From NCBI RefSeq assembly GCF_009834535.1, contig NC_045697.1, forward strand, positions 91,080,001-91,140,000: a stretch of DNA of 60,000 nucleotides. Reading direction: 5' to 3'. Shown here piece by piece: positions 11,878 to 24,340 of this stretch. A program made the position numbers and the translations under genes. The notes beneath the pieces are model-generated. The model did no database searches, was not told where the DNA came from, and was given only the letters and a program-made list of their open reading frames with translations. This DNA comes from Camelus ferus (taxonomy: Eukaryota). Positions within the stretch are counted from its first letter, which is position 1, and each line of letters begins with the position of its first letter.

Positions 11878-12906
11878 GTGAGTAAGTGAGCAGTAAGAAC
11901 TGGCAGTTTTTCAGTCTCAAGTCTCTTCAGCTTTAAACCTACATTTAGCTGTGATTTTTTTTCCCCACCTTAAGTTGGGCATTCTTTTCGGTATGTATTT
12001 TTTTGATAAATAAAATAGGGTGGAGGGGAATTCGACTGAGACAAATATGAGTTGGTGCAGTGAGGGCTGACTTAAGAGAAAAGTCACAGCTGCCCCAATA
12101 TTAATCTTGTAGTCAGAGCAGGAGGTGAGAGAAGTGGTGAGTATGTGGGGTTCCCAGTCTTTCCAGTACAACCAGGGACACAGGGTGGGGAGCACTGAAA
12201 ATGCACCTGAAAATTATAAATCCAGTGGTGGAGATGACCCACAGGCTGGTTTGGACCGGTGTCGTTTTTGATGTCTCGGGGAAGGTCAAGGAGTATCTTT
12301 TCCAAGGTCTAACTCTGAATGGAACAGCTTTGTGAGATATCAGGGAAGGATATATCATTGGAAAGATTTCTAGTTATAATGCTTAAGTAATTGGGGTTCA
12401 ATTTAATGCAGGATCAATTGTTAGTGCATTCTTAGCTGGACAGTGCTATTAACATTATTCACATTAACTTAAGGGACGGGTAATCTGAAAACAAAAATGT
12501 GAACATAATATGAAGGACATCCTCAAAGATTTGTTCCTGCCTGATGACTTTATTTTGAAATTTGTATGTCAAATGTTTTATTATCCTCTTTTTACTTTAT
12601 TTCTTAGCTTTAGAAACAAATTATCAAGAGGAGGAAAGGGGAGGGGGAGAAACTGCACACCACCAGAATGTTACAGTTGGCAATGTAATGAAGGCTAATT
12701 GTAATTTCATACTGAGGTTTTGATTGTGCACCTATTTTCTTGTTATTTTCTCCTCCTTTATCTTCATATGTAACAAATCATTATTGATCAGTCAATGTCC
12801 TTATGCTACCATTTTAGGAAACTTGATATAAGGGATCCTATAAAGAAAACAAACCTATTATCAGTGTATGTAGCTCGTTTAGAAGACAGTCACAGACAGC
12901 TGCAGA

Positions 12907-13138
12907 AATAACAGTAGCTTCCATTTACAGAGCGCTCACAATATGTCGAGCACTGTTCTAAGTGCTTCGTGTAGTGTTAGCTCATTTAATCCTCTCAACA
13001 ACTGTGTGACATCAGTACTATTATCCCTATTTTATGCATGAGGAACCTGAGGCACAAGGAGATTAAATTATTCACCTACAGTCACATCACTAGGAAGTAG
13101 TGGAGCCGTAATTTGAACCCAGCCAGTCTGAATCCAGA
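12907..13138 (-). mobile_element. MIR SINE, near full length
   Basis: ctcatttaatcctctcaacaac...ttttatgcatgaggaacctgaggcac...tttgaacccagccagtctg. Confidence 0.9.
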
Positions 13139-13633
13139 ATTTTTTAAAAAAAAAGTATAACCAGATGAAACTAATATTGCTCCTTTTAGATTTCCCAAAC
13201 TTACTATCAATTCGGAGTGGAAATTAGTTTGGAACTTGTAAAGATAGAAGAGAAATTGTTTAGAGTAGAGAGACAGTGAAAGAGAGTGGAAAAATGAAGA
13301 AAGATTATGGCAAAAGCCCCTGTTGTGGGTTCGGACATAAGAATTCTAGGAGGCAGGAGCGGCAGTACCCTCTGTTGTGTGCTCCGCTGGGCCTCAACCT
13401 GGACTGGGTGGGCAGTGATGCGTAGTTGGTCAAGGAGTGTGGCTGCTGACTGATTTTTGTCACTCACTGCACTGGTTTCCTGCCCCTCACAAGATAGATA
13501 ATACCTACTGACAACTCTCCTTTGAGTTCCCATCCGTCTGAAGCACTTCTAGATTTGCAGTTCAGGTTTCCTTCTGCAGAACCAAAGTGTGTCCTTTCTT
13601 TTCAGACCTCCTACGACCTCAAAACACTTCAGA

Positions 13634-13973
13634 CAGGCCCAACATTCTTTATCTAAACACAAGGGGCCAGATATACTTAGAAATTCAAAATTTTCTAGAT
13701 TTTAGAAAGGCAGAATGGTGTATATCGCATATATTATATAGTTATTTTCAATGAGGGTCTGGGCCAGCACCCTGTAAACAAATACAATCATGCTTCCACC
13801 ACACAATGTATATATCATCACCCTAAGTGAGACGAAGAATGGCTACACCCGGCTATATGTCAAGAAGGTCAGATTTTTGCCACCAGACAAATTTGGTGCC
13901 AAATTTATGGAAAAAAACTTTTGGTTGCAGAGCCTTTTGGATTTTTACAATTGAGGATGAGAAACGTGGACTG
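13634..13973. mobile_element. MER46C-like TcMar-Tigger MITE
   Basis: caggcccaacattctttatc...gagaaacgtggactg termini; ggggccagatatacttagaaattcaaaattttctagattttagaaagg body; about 340 bp. Confidence 0.7.
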
Positions 13974-15049
13974 TTTTATCACCAGTTCCTTCCACTCTAA
14001 TCAGAGAGATGTGCATGAAGATGCTGACAAAGCCATTTCTACATTTCCTGCACTAGCCAGGAAGGGGTCTGACTGAAGCTGAGCCTGAAAAACCTCAGGT
14101 TCCATGTTCTCCTTCCAGGTTTTAGTTGGGAAAACAGGCACTCAGGAAATAGAGTTGATATCTGCACACTCTATTTTCCCTGCAGGTTTGGTGAACAAAA
14201 AGTAATAAAGAAAATACAAACTCAGGAAGGACAAGATTTGGTGGTCTTTCTTTCTTTCTTTTCATTTAAAGAACCTATTTACACTATTTAGAAAGTCCTT
14301 TCCCCTTCTCTTGGGAGTCTTAGCTTAGCTTGGGGGACCTACGGATTAAAGTACAATATAATGAGTATTATTAAAAACAACTTGTAAAAATGCATTATCC
14401 CAAAGATTTAACAGCTGATTTTCTGTTGCTTTTACTTATTACGTCATCCTTTTTCCCCCTCAGTGTATAACCTTCTTCAAATTTTATGTCCTGTTCTCAA
14501 ATTCCTCCTGGATTTAATGACTAATCTCTATTTGTGTTACCGTGGTGAAGCCTATAGAAGGAAAATCATAAATTAATGGCATATGTTTGTAGATATAAAC
14601 AGGGAACAGATTCAGAAATACACAAACATGCCAAGTACCCTATTTCCTAGCAGTACAGTGCTCAACTCCCAATTAACCTTGGATTTATAAGTCTAATCAA
14701 ATGGCCTAGTCCATTTCCAATGAAAAGCTGTGCACTGTGTAGAATCTCTCACCTGACCTAAATCTCTAGTAAACCTTGGGAAGTAAACTCCTTTGTGGAG
14801 CCCTTGACTCTGTTGGATGATGCCAATGTCTCTTTTAAGGCCCCAAGTTACCACTTCATCCACTGCAAGACATAGTTTGCAAAGGGACAGTCTCTGGTAC
14901 CTTATGTAGAAAGAAGACAGTGCTGACTGCTAACACAGGCTGTGTTCTGTGACAGTAGGACTGTGCTGAGTCACTTACACTTTGCCCCCAGGTCTTCTTT
15001 ACAAATACAGTAAGATTTTGGATGGTAAATAGAAAATATTTATTTACCA

Positions 15050-15240
15050 CCTCTGTGGGTCAGACAGGCATTCTTCTAAGCTTCCTCTACCTATAAACTC
15101 ATTTAATCCCTTTAACAAGCAAAGAGGCAGGAACCATTATGATCTTTGTCTTGAGAAAGTTCAGATACAGAGAGGTTAAGTAAATTGTTCAATGAGCCTC
15201 AGCTAGTGAGTGGGAGAGGTGGGGCTCTGAACCCTGGTGG
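15050..15240 (-). mobile_element. MIR SINE
   Basis: ctcatttaatccc...cagagaggttaagtaaattg. Confidence 0.7.
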
Positions 15241-15644
15241 TCTTTTCCAGAGTTGGCCCACATGACCATTGTCATGTTGCTGTTGGGGATACTCCAGGGC
15301 CTGTGGCAAAACCTGGAACAATGGTGTGGAGTTGACTCCTTGAACTTCATTCAGTGCTCTCACCCGGTGGTTTTTCAACCTTGAGGTTCTGCAGAATCCC
15401 AAGGAGTGATGGGAATGAGAGGCAAAGTGGGCTCAGGATTTCACACCCACATCAGCCAGAGCAAGTCAGTGTTTTAAACATTTATTTGCTAGCAGTAAGA
15501 TTTTATTTGAATAAGGGGTTCGACAGCTCAGAATAGTTGAGCCAGTTAGCTCATGCAGGGCTCATACCAAATGCAGAAAGAAATGGGATGTAAAAACGCA
15601 CAATTCCAATGCTGTATGATGTTGTATAATACTCTTTCTGACTA

Positions 15645-15991
15645 CAGACACCCTTGGTATCTGTGGATTCTGCATCCACAGATTCAACCAACCATGGATT
15701 GAAAATATTAAAAAAAAAAAAATCCCAGAAAGTTCTAAAAAGCAAAACTTGAATTTTCCCTGTACCAGCAACTATTTACATAGCTTTTACATTGTATTTT
15801 TAACTATTTACATAGCATTTACTCTGTGTTAGGTATTATAAGCAATCCAGAGATGATTTAAAGTATATGGGAGGATATGCGTAGGTTATATGCAGGGACT
15901 ATGCCATTTTATATGAGGGACTTGAGCATCTAGGATTTTGGTATCATTGGGGATCCTGGAACTGACCCTCGCTGATACCAAAGGACTACTG
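15645..15991. mobile_element. MER2 (Tigger-derived MITE)
   Basis: TA|cagacacccttggtatctgtgg...gataccaaaggactactg inverted termini; 347 bp; gattcaaccaaccatggattgaaaatatt body. Confidence 0.9.
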
Positions 15992-15994
15992 TGT

Positions 15995-16230
15995 AGACAA
16001 AGGACATAGATGCAAAATACATGTGGACTTTGGAGATTACATTTCGGTGTGAACTACAGGCTGTTGTTTGGATGAGACCAGATGGAAAGCTGATAAAGAG
16101 GAAGGTGGAAAATGCCATCCTGGTCTAGGGTACTTTGCCCTCAACTAGGTGGATTCAAAACTGGTTGAGTGACCTTTCTCCAAAGGTGCTGCGTGGTGGG
16201 TTACTGTTGGCCTGGAGGGTGGATGTGGCC
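15995..16230 (+). mobile_element. L3/CR1 LINE RT-region fragment
   Basis: aggtggattcaaaactggttgagtgacc...caaaggtgctg...cctggaggg resembles the CR1 RT segment (RWIxNWLxxRxQRV). Confidence 0.5.
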
Positions 16231-16354
16231 CTGCTCTTTATTTTATAAAACAAATCTTTATTTTGTAAAGCAAATGCTCTGACAAGGCTCTGACACTAAA
16301 TGTCACCAAATAATGTGTGATCTCATTTATCCTGTGTGTCCATTTCCTTATTAT

Positions 16355-16500
16355 TTAATTGGAGCAGTCTTGTTGGGCTGAGTCCTTAACCTGTGGGATC
16401 TGATGCTACATCCAGGTGGATAGTGTCAGAATTGAGTTGAATTGTAAGACGCCCAGGTGGTGTCACAGAATTGCATGGTGTGGGGGAAAACCTCAGACAC
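16355..16500 (+). mobile_element. MER21-like LTR 3' fragment
   Basis: ctgagtccttaacctgtgggatctgatgcta...tagtgtcagaattgagttgaattgtaagacgcccag. Confidence 0.7.
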
Positions 16501-17849
16501 TGGGTTTGGGTACAGACTTAGAGTAAGGAAGGTGGAGGAAATCTGAGATGTGGAGGAAAATCAGGAGATGGGGACTTCCTAGACACCAAGGATAGGGTGG
16601 TAAGCACTAACAAGTGATAGGGAGAGGTAAAGGAAGGAAAGAACTCAGAGTGTGTTTATATGGGTAATGAAGTAGAACTTGCTCTCCAAATGCCTCTTTA
16701 ACTTACTGTGATTTGACTAAGTTACACTAGTGGAAGGCAGAGGGTGAAAGGGTTAACACCTGCTCCTAAGACTTATTTCAATGCTTTCAGTGTTTGAGAA
16801 ATACTTCAACTCTTGGCCAATGATGTGGGTCAGTGGTGGGTGCCTGTTGTTAACAATGATGTCCTGAGAGACTTCACCACAGAGAAAAAGCTGGCTTGTT
16901 TAAATCTGTTCTCAGATAATAAAACACAGGCAAAGATGTAACTTGCAGAAATACTGCATCATGATCAAAACGTGTACTAAGTCACATCTGATAGTTTCAG
17001 ATACCCCTTGTATTTTCAAGTTAGCAGAAATGAGGAAGTAGAACAAAACTTGCCCCTCAGTTCTCCCCATGTGTTTTTCAAATTGTTTCCTCCTTGGACC
17101 CTCTGCAACAGCCCAGCAGTCCCAGTGGTGTGTGTTCAGGGGCATGGGGGGTGACCATCTTGTCTCAGAATCAGCCATCCCTGCCCTTTTATGTTTTCCA
17201 GGTGTACCTAGGGGTAGGGCCAGCACTGGCACTCCAACCTCTTGCCTGATTTTGAAGTGTCAAAGTGTTTTGGAAATCAGGTCTCAGTGTTAAAAACTTT
17301 CAAGTGAACTCTGATGGCCTTTAATGGCAATCAGTACCTTAGAATGCTGGTGAGGAACAACCACCTGGCTCACCCATGGTAAAAACCTTCTAGAAACCCA
17401 TGAGCAGAACTATTTTGAATCATGAGTAAGAAGATTAGGGAAAAGCTAGTTTTTGCTATTTGCCTCTTGTTTGTCAGACATACAAGGATTTGTACACATC
17501 TTTTCACCCTCTCCCTATCTTCTTGCAGCTATTTAAAGTATTTTTACAAAGGAGAAGTTCCAAGAAGGAGCTGTGACCAAAAGGTACCCAAAATTCAGAT
17601 ATCTTTTCCTGTAAAGTGCAGGGGCTCTCCTGGCATTTACAAAGACCTAGATAACAAATGTTCTCCTCATTTTCTGTAATTCTTACAAGGAAAACAATCC
17701 CAGCATCAGTGGTATCTTTCTCAATGATCTCTGAAGGGTCATTTATCAGTTGAGAGTAAGGCACATCCTTTGAAGAAGTTTCAAGTAATTCTCGTTTCCA
17801 TTACTTGTCTTTTAGTAAATCTGGGGATTGACCCTAAATAAAGATGAGC

Positions 17850-18064
17850 TCCCAGTTGACACCAGCAACTTGCCAGCCATGTGAATGAGCCACCTTAGAG
17901 ACTGGTCTTCAGGCCCAGGAGAGTCACCCCCACTGACATCTGATGCCACTGGAGCAAAAATGACAGGTCACCACTGAGCCCCACCCAAATCGCAGATTTC
18001 TGAGAATACATGACTGTTGTTTGGTTAAGCCATGAAGTTTTGGGGTGGTTTGTTATGCAACAAC
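17850..18064 (+). mobile_element. MLT1H-like LTR 3' half
   Basis: gccagccatgtgaatgagcca...aagccatgaagttttggggtggtttgttatgcaa. Confidence 0.75.
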
Positions 18065-18065
18065 A

Positions 18066-19700
18066 TTTGGTTTCCAGGATACCACGCTCCTAGTTTTCTT
18101 CCTGCCTCATTGTCACTTTTTCTTGGTCTCCTTGGATAATTCCTCTTATCTCTCTCTCCTTGTTTTCACTTTTTACTATGGAAAATTTTAGTCATACACA
18201 AAATAGCAAAGTATAGTGAACCTCCATGTGGCCTCTACTCAGTTTCATGTTTTATCTATTCAGGTCCAATTTTATTTCATCTATCCACTTTCCACAATCC
18301 CACTGTTTTATTTTAACCAAATCCTCAGACCACCTTTTTGCTATCATATTCATTTGGTAATCTCACCTGGCTCATAGCTTTAAATTTCCTTCGTGTTCTG
18401 AAGACTCCCGAATGTATTACCTGCACTATATCATTGTGGCTCAAAGTATGGATTGTGATCCTTAGATGCCTGGATTAAAATATGGCTCTTCCACAAACTG
18501 TCTTTGTGACCTCAGTTACTTAATCTCTATGCACCTCAGTTACCCAATCTGTGAAATAAGAGATAATAATATTTCCTACTACCTCTTGGAGTTGTTGTGA
18601 GGATTAAATGAGTTAGCATATGTAAAATGCTTATAACAGTGTGTGCGTATATACACTTGTTGACTTGATTATTTTATCTCCAGGCCAGACCTGTTGTGTG
18701 AACTCCAGGCTTACATATCCAGTTGCTTACTTGGCATCCTCACCCAGATGTCAATAGGCATCTCAAGCTTATTATTCTAAAACCAAATTCTTGATCCTCC
18801 CCTGCAAATGTCACACAACCTCTCCCTCGGTCTTCCTCATCTCAGTTAATGGCATCTCTGTCTTTGCATGTGCTTAGCCTCAAATGCTATGACATCATCC
18901 TTGACTGCTCCATTGCTTTCATATCTTACATCATATCCTGTTTGCTCTGCTTTCAAAATATATCCAGAGCCTTTTACCGCTATTGCTCTTGTAGAAACCT
19001 CCATCATCTCTCACCTGCCATATTGCAATAGCTTTCTTACTGGTCTTCCTGCTTTCAGTCTTCCCTCCTCAACCCTCCCCTAACAGTCTACTCTCAATAC
19101 AACAATCAGAGTGGTCCTTTAAAAAACTTGGGTCGATCATGTCACTCTTCTGCTTAAAACTCTCCAGTGGCTTCTCATATGATTCAAAGTGAACACCAAA
19201 GTCCTTACAATCCTCTCTGATCCCGTCTCTGTCTAAACTCACTCATTTTCCTCCAGCTTCACTGGCCTCCTTTCTGTTCCTTGAACATGCCAGGAGGGCT
19301 CCCACCATAGGTGTTTACAATTTGGCTGTCCCTCTTCTTAAAATTCTCTTGGCTTAGATCTTCACAGCTAATTCCCTCGCCTTCTTCAGTGTTGGTTTAA
19401 ATGTTACCTTCTCATTTAATGAACATCCTTCTCAACTGGCTTGAGTCCTGTCCAACCATCCCACTCCCACCTCTGACACTCTCAGTTTCTGTTACTCTGC
19501 TCTACTTTTTCTTTCTTCCTTGGTGTTTATCATACATACTGCTAACATAGTTTATAATGTAATCATTATTTTGTGTATCATTTATGCTTTGTCTCCCTCT
19601 ACTAAAAGCCTCATGAGGTCACCTGTATTTGTTTTGTTCGCTGCTGAATCCCAAACAGCTCTGACAGTGCCTGCCGCAAAGTAGACACCAGATAGATTAT
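18066..19700 (+). mobile_element. L2 (about 1.6 kb span) interrupted by an L1 3' tip (about 18165-18330, minus) and a MIR (about 18430-18640, plus)
   Basis: L2 body (gatcatgtcactcttctgcttaaaactctccagtggcttc) and L2 tail at 19590-19690; MIR core ctcagttacccaatctgtgaaataag. Confidence 0.8.
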
Positions 19701-19939
19701 GTAGATAGATAGATCTATGTTTTAGAAAGACCACTCAGGAAGCAATATAGAGGATTGTTTGGAGGAGAAAAAGAAAGGAAACTCTTAAGAACTGTGTAAT
19801 AATCCTTGCAAGAAATGATGAGAAACAGCTAGAAAAGAGGCAAGAAAGGAGCTGGGTAGGTATTTGTTGGTAGAACCAGTAGAAATGGATGGCGGTCTGT
19901 TATGGGGAAGAGAGAGCAATAATGGTGAGGGGTGACTTT

Positions 19940-20975
19940 CAGATAATTTTCCCTTTACCTTTCATTATTCTTGACTGAGACCTCCCTGTAATAAAAGACA
20001 GATTAACAGATGTTGACTGAAATAAAATCACACAACGTGAGAGTTGTTGGTTAAGTTTTATTTGGGGCAAAATGAAGACTATAGCCCAGGAGACAGTATC
20101 TCAGATAGCTCTGAGGAACTGCTCTGAAGAGGCAGGGAGGAACTCAGTATTATATATAATTTTAGTGAAGGAGGGTTACAATTAGTCAAGCACACATTTA
20201 GGCAGAGGCTTGCTGCTAGTCACGAAGAGCAGATGTCACCGTTAATGATTTTAGTGCCTTTCTAGGTATGAGGAGTCTCAAGAATTTGGGCTTATAAAAT
20301 CTTCTCCTGAAAATATCAAACTATCTGAGGGCCTGTTCTGCCAGTTTTCCCAGAGCACAGAATGTCTCGTCCCTAATCTCCATCCTGAACTCCTTTCAGG
20401 AAGTGTTGGAGGTCAGTGGCTGCAGTGGCTCTTGATTTAATCTAAGCAGAGGTAGATGGCAGGTGCCAACGTGCTCCACTCCTTGTAGAGGGAGATGGCA
20501 AGTGCCAGTTTTTAGTTGGCACAAGAGAAAACCAAACAGAACTTTAATTACATGTATACCTCATGTATACATGGGAGATACCTAGGAAAACTGAGTAAAA
20601 CTCCCAAGTCACCATGTGAAATAAGATCTTTAGCTAAAGACTAAAGAAAGACTTTAGGGGGTGGGGAGGTCAGTTATGGGAGGTTATCAGGAAAAGTAAA
20701 ATAAACAAGGGTAAGGTTGTTATGCAGATGTAAGTGTCTTCCATTGATAAGAGTTTCTTGTGACTTAGAGTCATCCTTCTCTTCCTGGTACAGAGAGGGA
20801 GATACCCTTACAAATGGAGATTTCCCTTATAAACGTAAATTTCCCTTACAAAAGAGTAAATTCCACTCATGTTTAGAAATTCTCCTGTGTACACTTTTCC
20901 TGAAAAATAATCAGCTCAAAATAATCCTTAAGCCAAAGAGGCATATTTTGGGATGACATATTCTGCTACCCTTCA
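19940..20975 (-). mobile_element. MER34-like ERV1 LTR interrupted by another LTR
   Basis: Minus strand starts tgaagggtagcagaatatgtcatcccaaaatatgcc; collinear with 21434-22003 once 20011-20521 is removed. Confidence 0.8.
20011..20521 (-). mobile_element. MER41-like ERV1 solo LTR
   Basis: TGTTGAC...TTGGCA ends, 511 bp; antisense AATAAA near 20058-20063; splits the host LTR at cagattaaca|agagaaaa. Confidence 0.75.
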
Positions 20976-21131
20976 GTTGCCACCTCATTTTTTTGTTTCT
21001 GCTACCTGTAAAGGTGAGCTAATAGCAGGACTTGGACAAATAGTTGTGATTGACTGATACGCTATAGCATATTTTAAAAATGAAAAAAGCTTTGCTAATC
21101 ACCTCATCCCCCAGTGTTTGCCAGAATCACA

Positions 21132-22178
21132 GCTGTGACACACTACTAGATGATCCCCAAATACTTTCCCCCTTCTTCTAGAGTAATAGAGTTTTAGCTG
21201 GATCCATGGTCACTCAGCTAGAAACTCCATTTCCTAGGTACTCTTGCCGTTGGATGAGGCCATGTCACTGAAGTCAGGCTAAGTGATGAGAGTGGAAGTG
21301 ATGTGTGTCATTTCCAGAACTTGCCCTTGAGATAGTAGGCCAGTGCTCCCATTTGGTTTGGCCCCTTGCCCCTGAAGTGAAACAGGACTCTTTCGTAACT
21401 TTATTTTGACAATGCAGATTAAGTAAAATGCCCTGTAGAAAAATTTCCCTTTTCCCTTCTAGGTTCTTTGGTTCTAGGTTCTGGTCTAATAATTAAATTG
21501 ATATAAAACAGATTAACAGGAGAAAAACAAACAAAAGTTTAATAACATGTATACCTGCTGTATACATGAGGGATGCCCAGGAAAACTGAGTAACTCTCTG
21601 CAATGGCTGAAGTCATCACCTTAAATACCAACTTCAGTTAAAGACAAAATAAGATGTTGGAAGTGGGGAGTCAATTATGGGAGGTTACTAGGAAAAGCAC
21701 AGTAAACAAGGGTAAGGTTGTTATACAGATTTAAGTTGTTGCCTTCTCCATTGACAAGAGTTTCTTATGATTTAGAGTCATCCTTGTCTTCCTGTACAGA
21801 GAGGGAGACACATTTACAAATGAAAATTTCCCATGTGCGTGTAATTGGTTGTTTTTTGTTTTGTTTTGTTTTTTACAAAAGGCTAACTTCTACTCAATTT
21901 TCAGAGCTTCTCTCATGTCTGGCGTTTTCAAAAAATAACCAGCTTAAAATAATCCATATGCCAAAGAGGCATATTTTGGGGTGGTAAAATCTGCTCCCCT
22001 TCAGCCCTAGGGGATAGTGGAGAAATAAGATAAAAGGAACCTGAGTCCTTAAATGACTTGGTGGAGCAGAGCTGCCCTGTCAGTTATTTGGGAGAGAAAT
22101 AAATGTCTGCCTTCTTTAAATGTCTGTGTTTTGGGAACTCTTCATTACAAAAGCTTAGCCTTCAGCCTGACTAATACA
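21132..22178 (+). mobile_element. MLT1J-like MaLR LTR (host of a MER34-like LTR)
   Basis: ggccatgtcactgaagt...gaagtgatgtgtgtcatttcc 5' part; ends ctgactaataca. Confidence 0.7.
21434..22003 (-). mobile_element. MER34-like ERV1 solo LTR
   Basis: TG...CA, 570 bp, perfect 4-bp TSD gccc (21430-21433 and 22004-22007). Confidence 0.9.
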
Positions 22179-22439
22179 ATCGGTAAACTCAGTTCATGTC
22201 TTTATTCCTTAGTGTCCCCCATTATTCAAAGGAAAAATGGAAACATTGAGAAGTTTTTGAAACATTAATAAAATAATTCTCCCAATTCTGCTCCTCATGT
22301 TGGTGAATACTTGTTCTCCTAATGTGATGAAGAATTACAGAATCATAAAATGGAAGCAGAGTTAAAATCAGACATAGGGGCACTCAAGGTAGGTTAATAC
22401 TTTGGTGAACATTGTGGTATTTGTGGCCGTTTAGTAATT

Positions 22440-23240
22440 TGGCACAACAACAAATATTCTTATTTTTTTCCCCATAGTATCCAGTTTTTTTCTTGTAGTT
22501 TCAATTCAATTTTCTTTTTAATCTTTTTAGATGTTCTTTTTAAAATAGCCTATTCCAGATTATTCTACTATTTCAATTATATGGGGGTGCTAATCCTCCA
22601 TAATTTTTGTGTCTGCTCACTCTCAGGGTAGATTATTCCTGCATATGCTTTGTGAGCTCATCTTCAGTTAGAATGGTTTTTTTTAATAAAGTCTGTGTGC
22701 CCTAGAGAATGGTTGAGATTTGCTTTTGTCATATGCCAGGCTGGGGCCAGTTTTTATGTTCATTTCTAGTACTTCTCAATGTAAATGTGAACTGGTAAAC
22801 TGGATGTGTCACAGACCTATGTTTTTCATTTTTCACCCAAATGCTCTGGGAAGAGACACCCTCCCTTGTATCTCTTGTGACTTCCCTGAGGATGATGAAC
22901 AGGTGTTTTTAGTCCCTTTCACTCTGGGCATTGAACTTTGTGGGTGCCAGTTTTAGTTAAGGATTTAATTTCTAGCTTCCTGTCTCGTATGAGCCCAAGG
23001 CCGTATCTCCTGGCACCCATCACAACTAACACCCTAGTACTTAGTGGAAAGTACTAATTTTTGATCCAGTCCCCTTCCTGGGCCACTGTTACTACTTCAA
23101 TTTTATACTTCATTTTTATTTCTGATACTTGAATATCCTTTCTTTTAATCTCGACTATGTTAAAAGTTATTATTATGTCAGTCATTTTTAGTCTGTAAGA
23201 TGAAGGGGTTCTGCATTAGCTTAGTTGGCCACATGCTGAC
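22440..23240 (-). mobile_element. Very old L1/HAL1-like fragment
   Basis: T-rich degenerate sequence resembling 42700-43070. Confidence 0.35.
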
Positions 23241-24149
23241 ATGAGATGCCTTTAAGTGCTTTTTAATATTTATTTAGCAGAAAGGCTGAAGTCTTTTTGT
23301 TTGTCATGTTGTTCACTGGTCTATCCCCAGCACCACAAACAGAACACGGCATATATGGATCACTCACTATACCTGTATTGAATAAATGAATGAATGCTGG
23401 GTGGCAGGACTCAGCCTCTCCTGGGCATTCTAGCTCTGGATCCACATATGCAAACCCCACCCTATAAAACAAGAGTCTGGTAGTTGTCCCAGTCTCACCT
23501 CATTAGAACACAATTGAGAGCTCTTCAACCATGGCTTTGTCATACCCCTTCGGAGTCTTCTTTCTCTTACCCCAGGCATCTTTTTAAAGCATTCTTTTCT
23601 ACCACATTCAATATACTCCCTGAAAGGAGGCCTAATAAGTATAATTTTCGATACTCTTAGGTTATATTTTCAGTGGAATTTGAGCTCCCAGTCATGCTAT
23701 AGTTCCTGGTAAAGGGTGCAGTCCTGGGCATTACCTGGCTGGCCCATTGCTTGTCCATCTCAGAAGGGAAGAGGCCGAAGTCTTTCCATACCTTTGTCCA
23801 TACACAGTTCTGGGAAAAGAGGATTAACTTGTAGTCAGCAGAGTTAGTACTTTCCGTATGGTTGTGAGGGCTGAATCAAAAAACTTTCCACCAGGCGATT
23901 AGGGGCTTTCTGAAAACCTTGACAGGAAAAATGAATCAGTTGGTCCCTAAGATGTCCTGCAACTTGAGAGTATTGCAGCCACTCAGGTGCTAAAGGTGCC
24001 AGAGTTCTCTTTCTCCCACCCACGTGAGAGTCTTTCACCACCAAAGATCCGAAGTACTAGGTAAAATATTTAAGCAAACAAGAAGAACATGTTTCATTGT
24101 ATTCTTACATTTTATAAAGCTTTCTGTACCATTAACAGTGAGGCAGGCT

Positions 24150-24340
24150 TAGATTTATATTGGCTCTGCCACTTACTAGCTTTATGTCTTTGGCAAGTCA
24201 CTTGACCTCTTGGAATCTCAGTTTTTTCATCACAGTGAGGTTAGCAGTACTCATTTTATGGGGGTAGTTATGAAGATTAAATAACGTAATGGTTGTGAAA
24301 CACTTAGCACAGTGCCTTGCACAAATAGACACAATACATT
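24150..24340 (+). mobile_element. MIR SINE
   Basis: ggctctgccacttactagc...gcacttagcacagtgcc. Confidence 0.85.

Noticed and set aside
19940..22003. Two same-orientation LTRs as the ends of one deleted provirus
   Set aside because: The second LTR has its own 4-bp TSD on both sides, and the spacer is MLT1 plus unique DNA with no visible primer-binding site or internal ERV sequence
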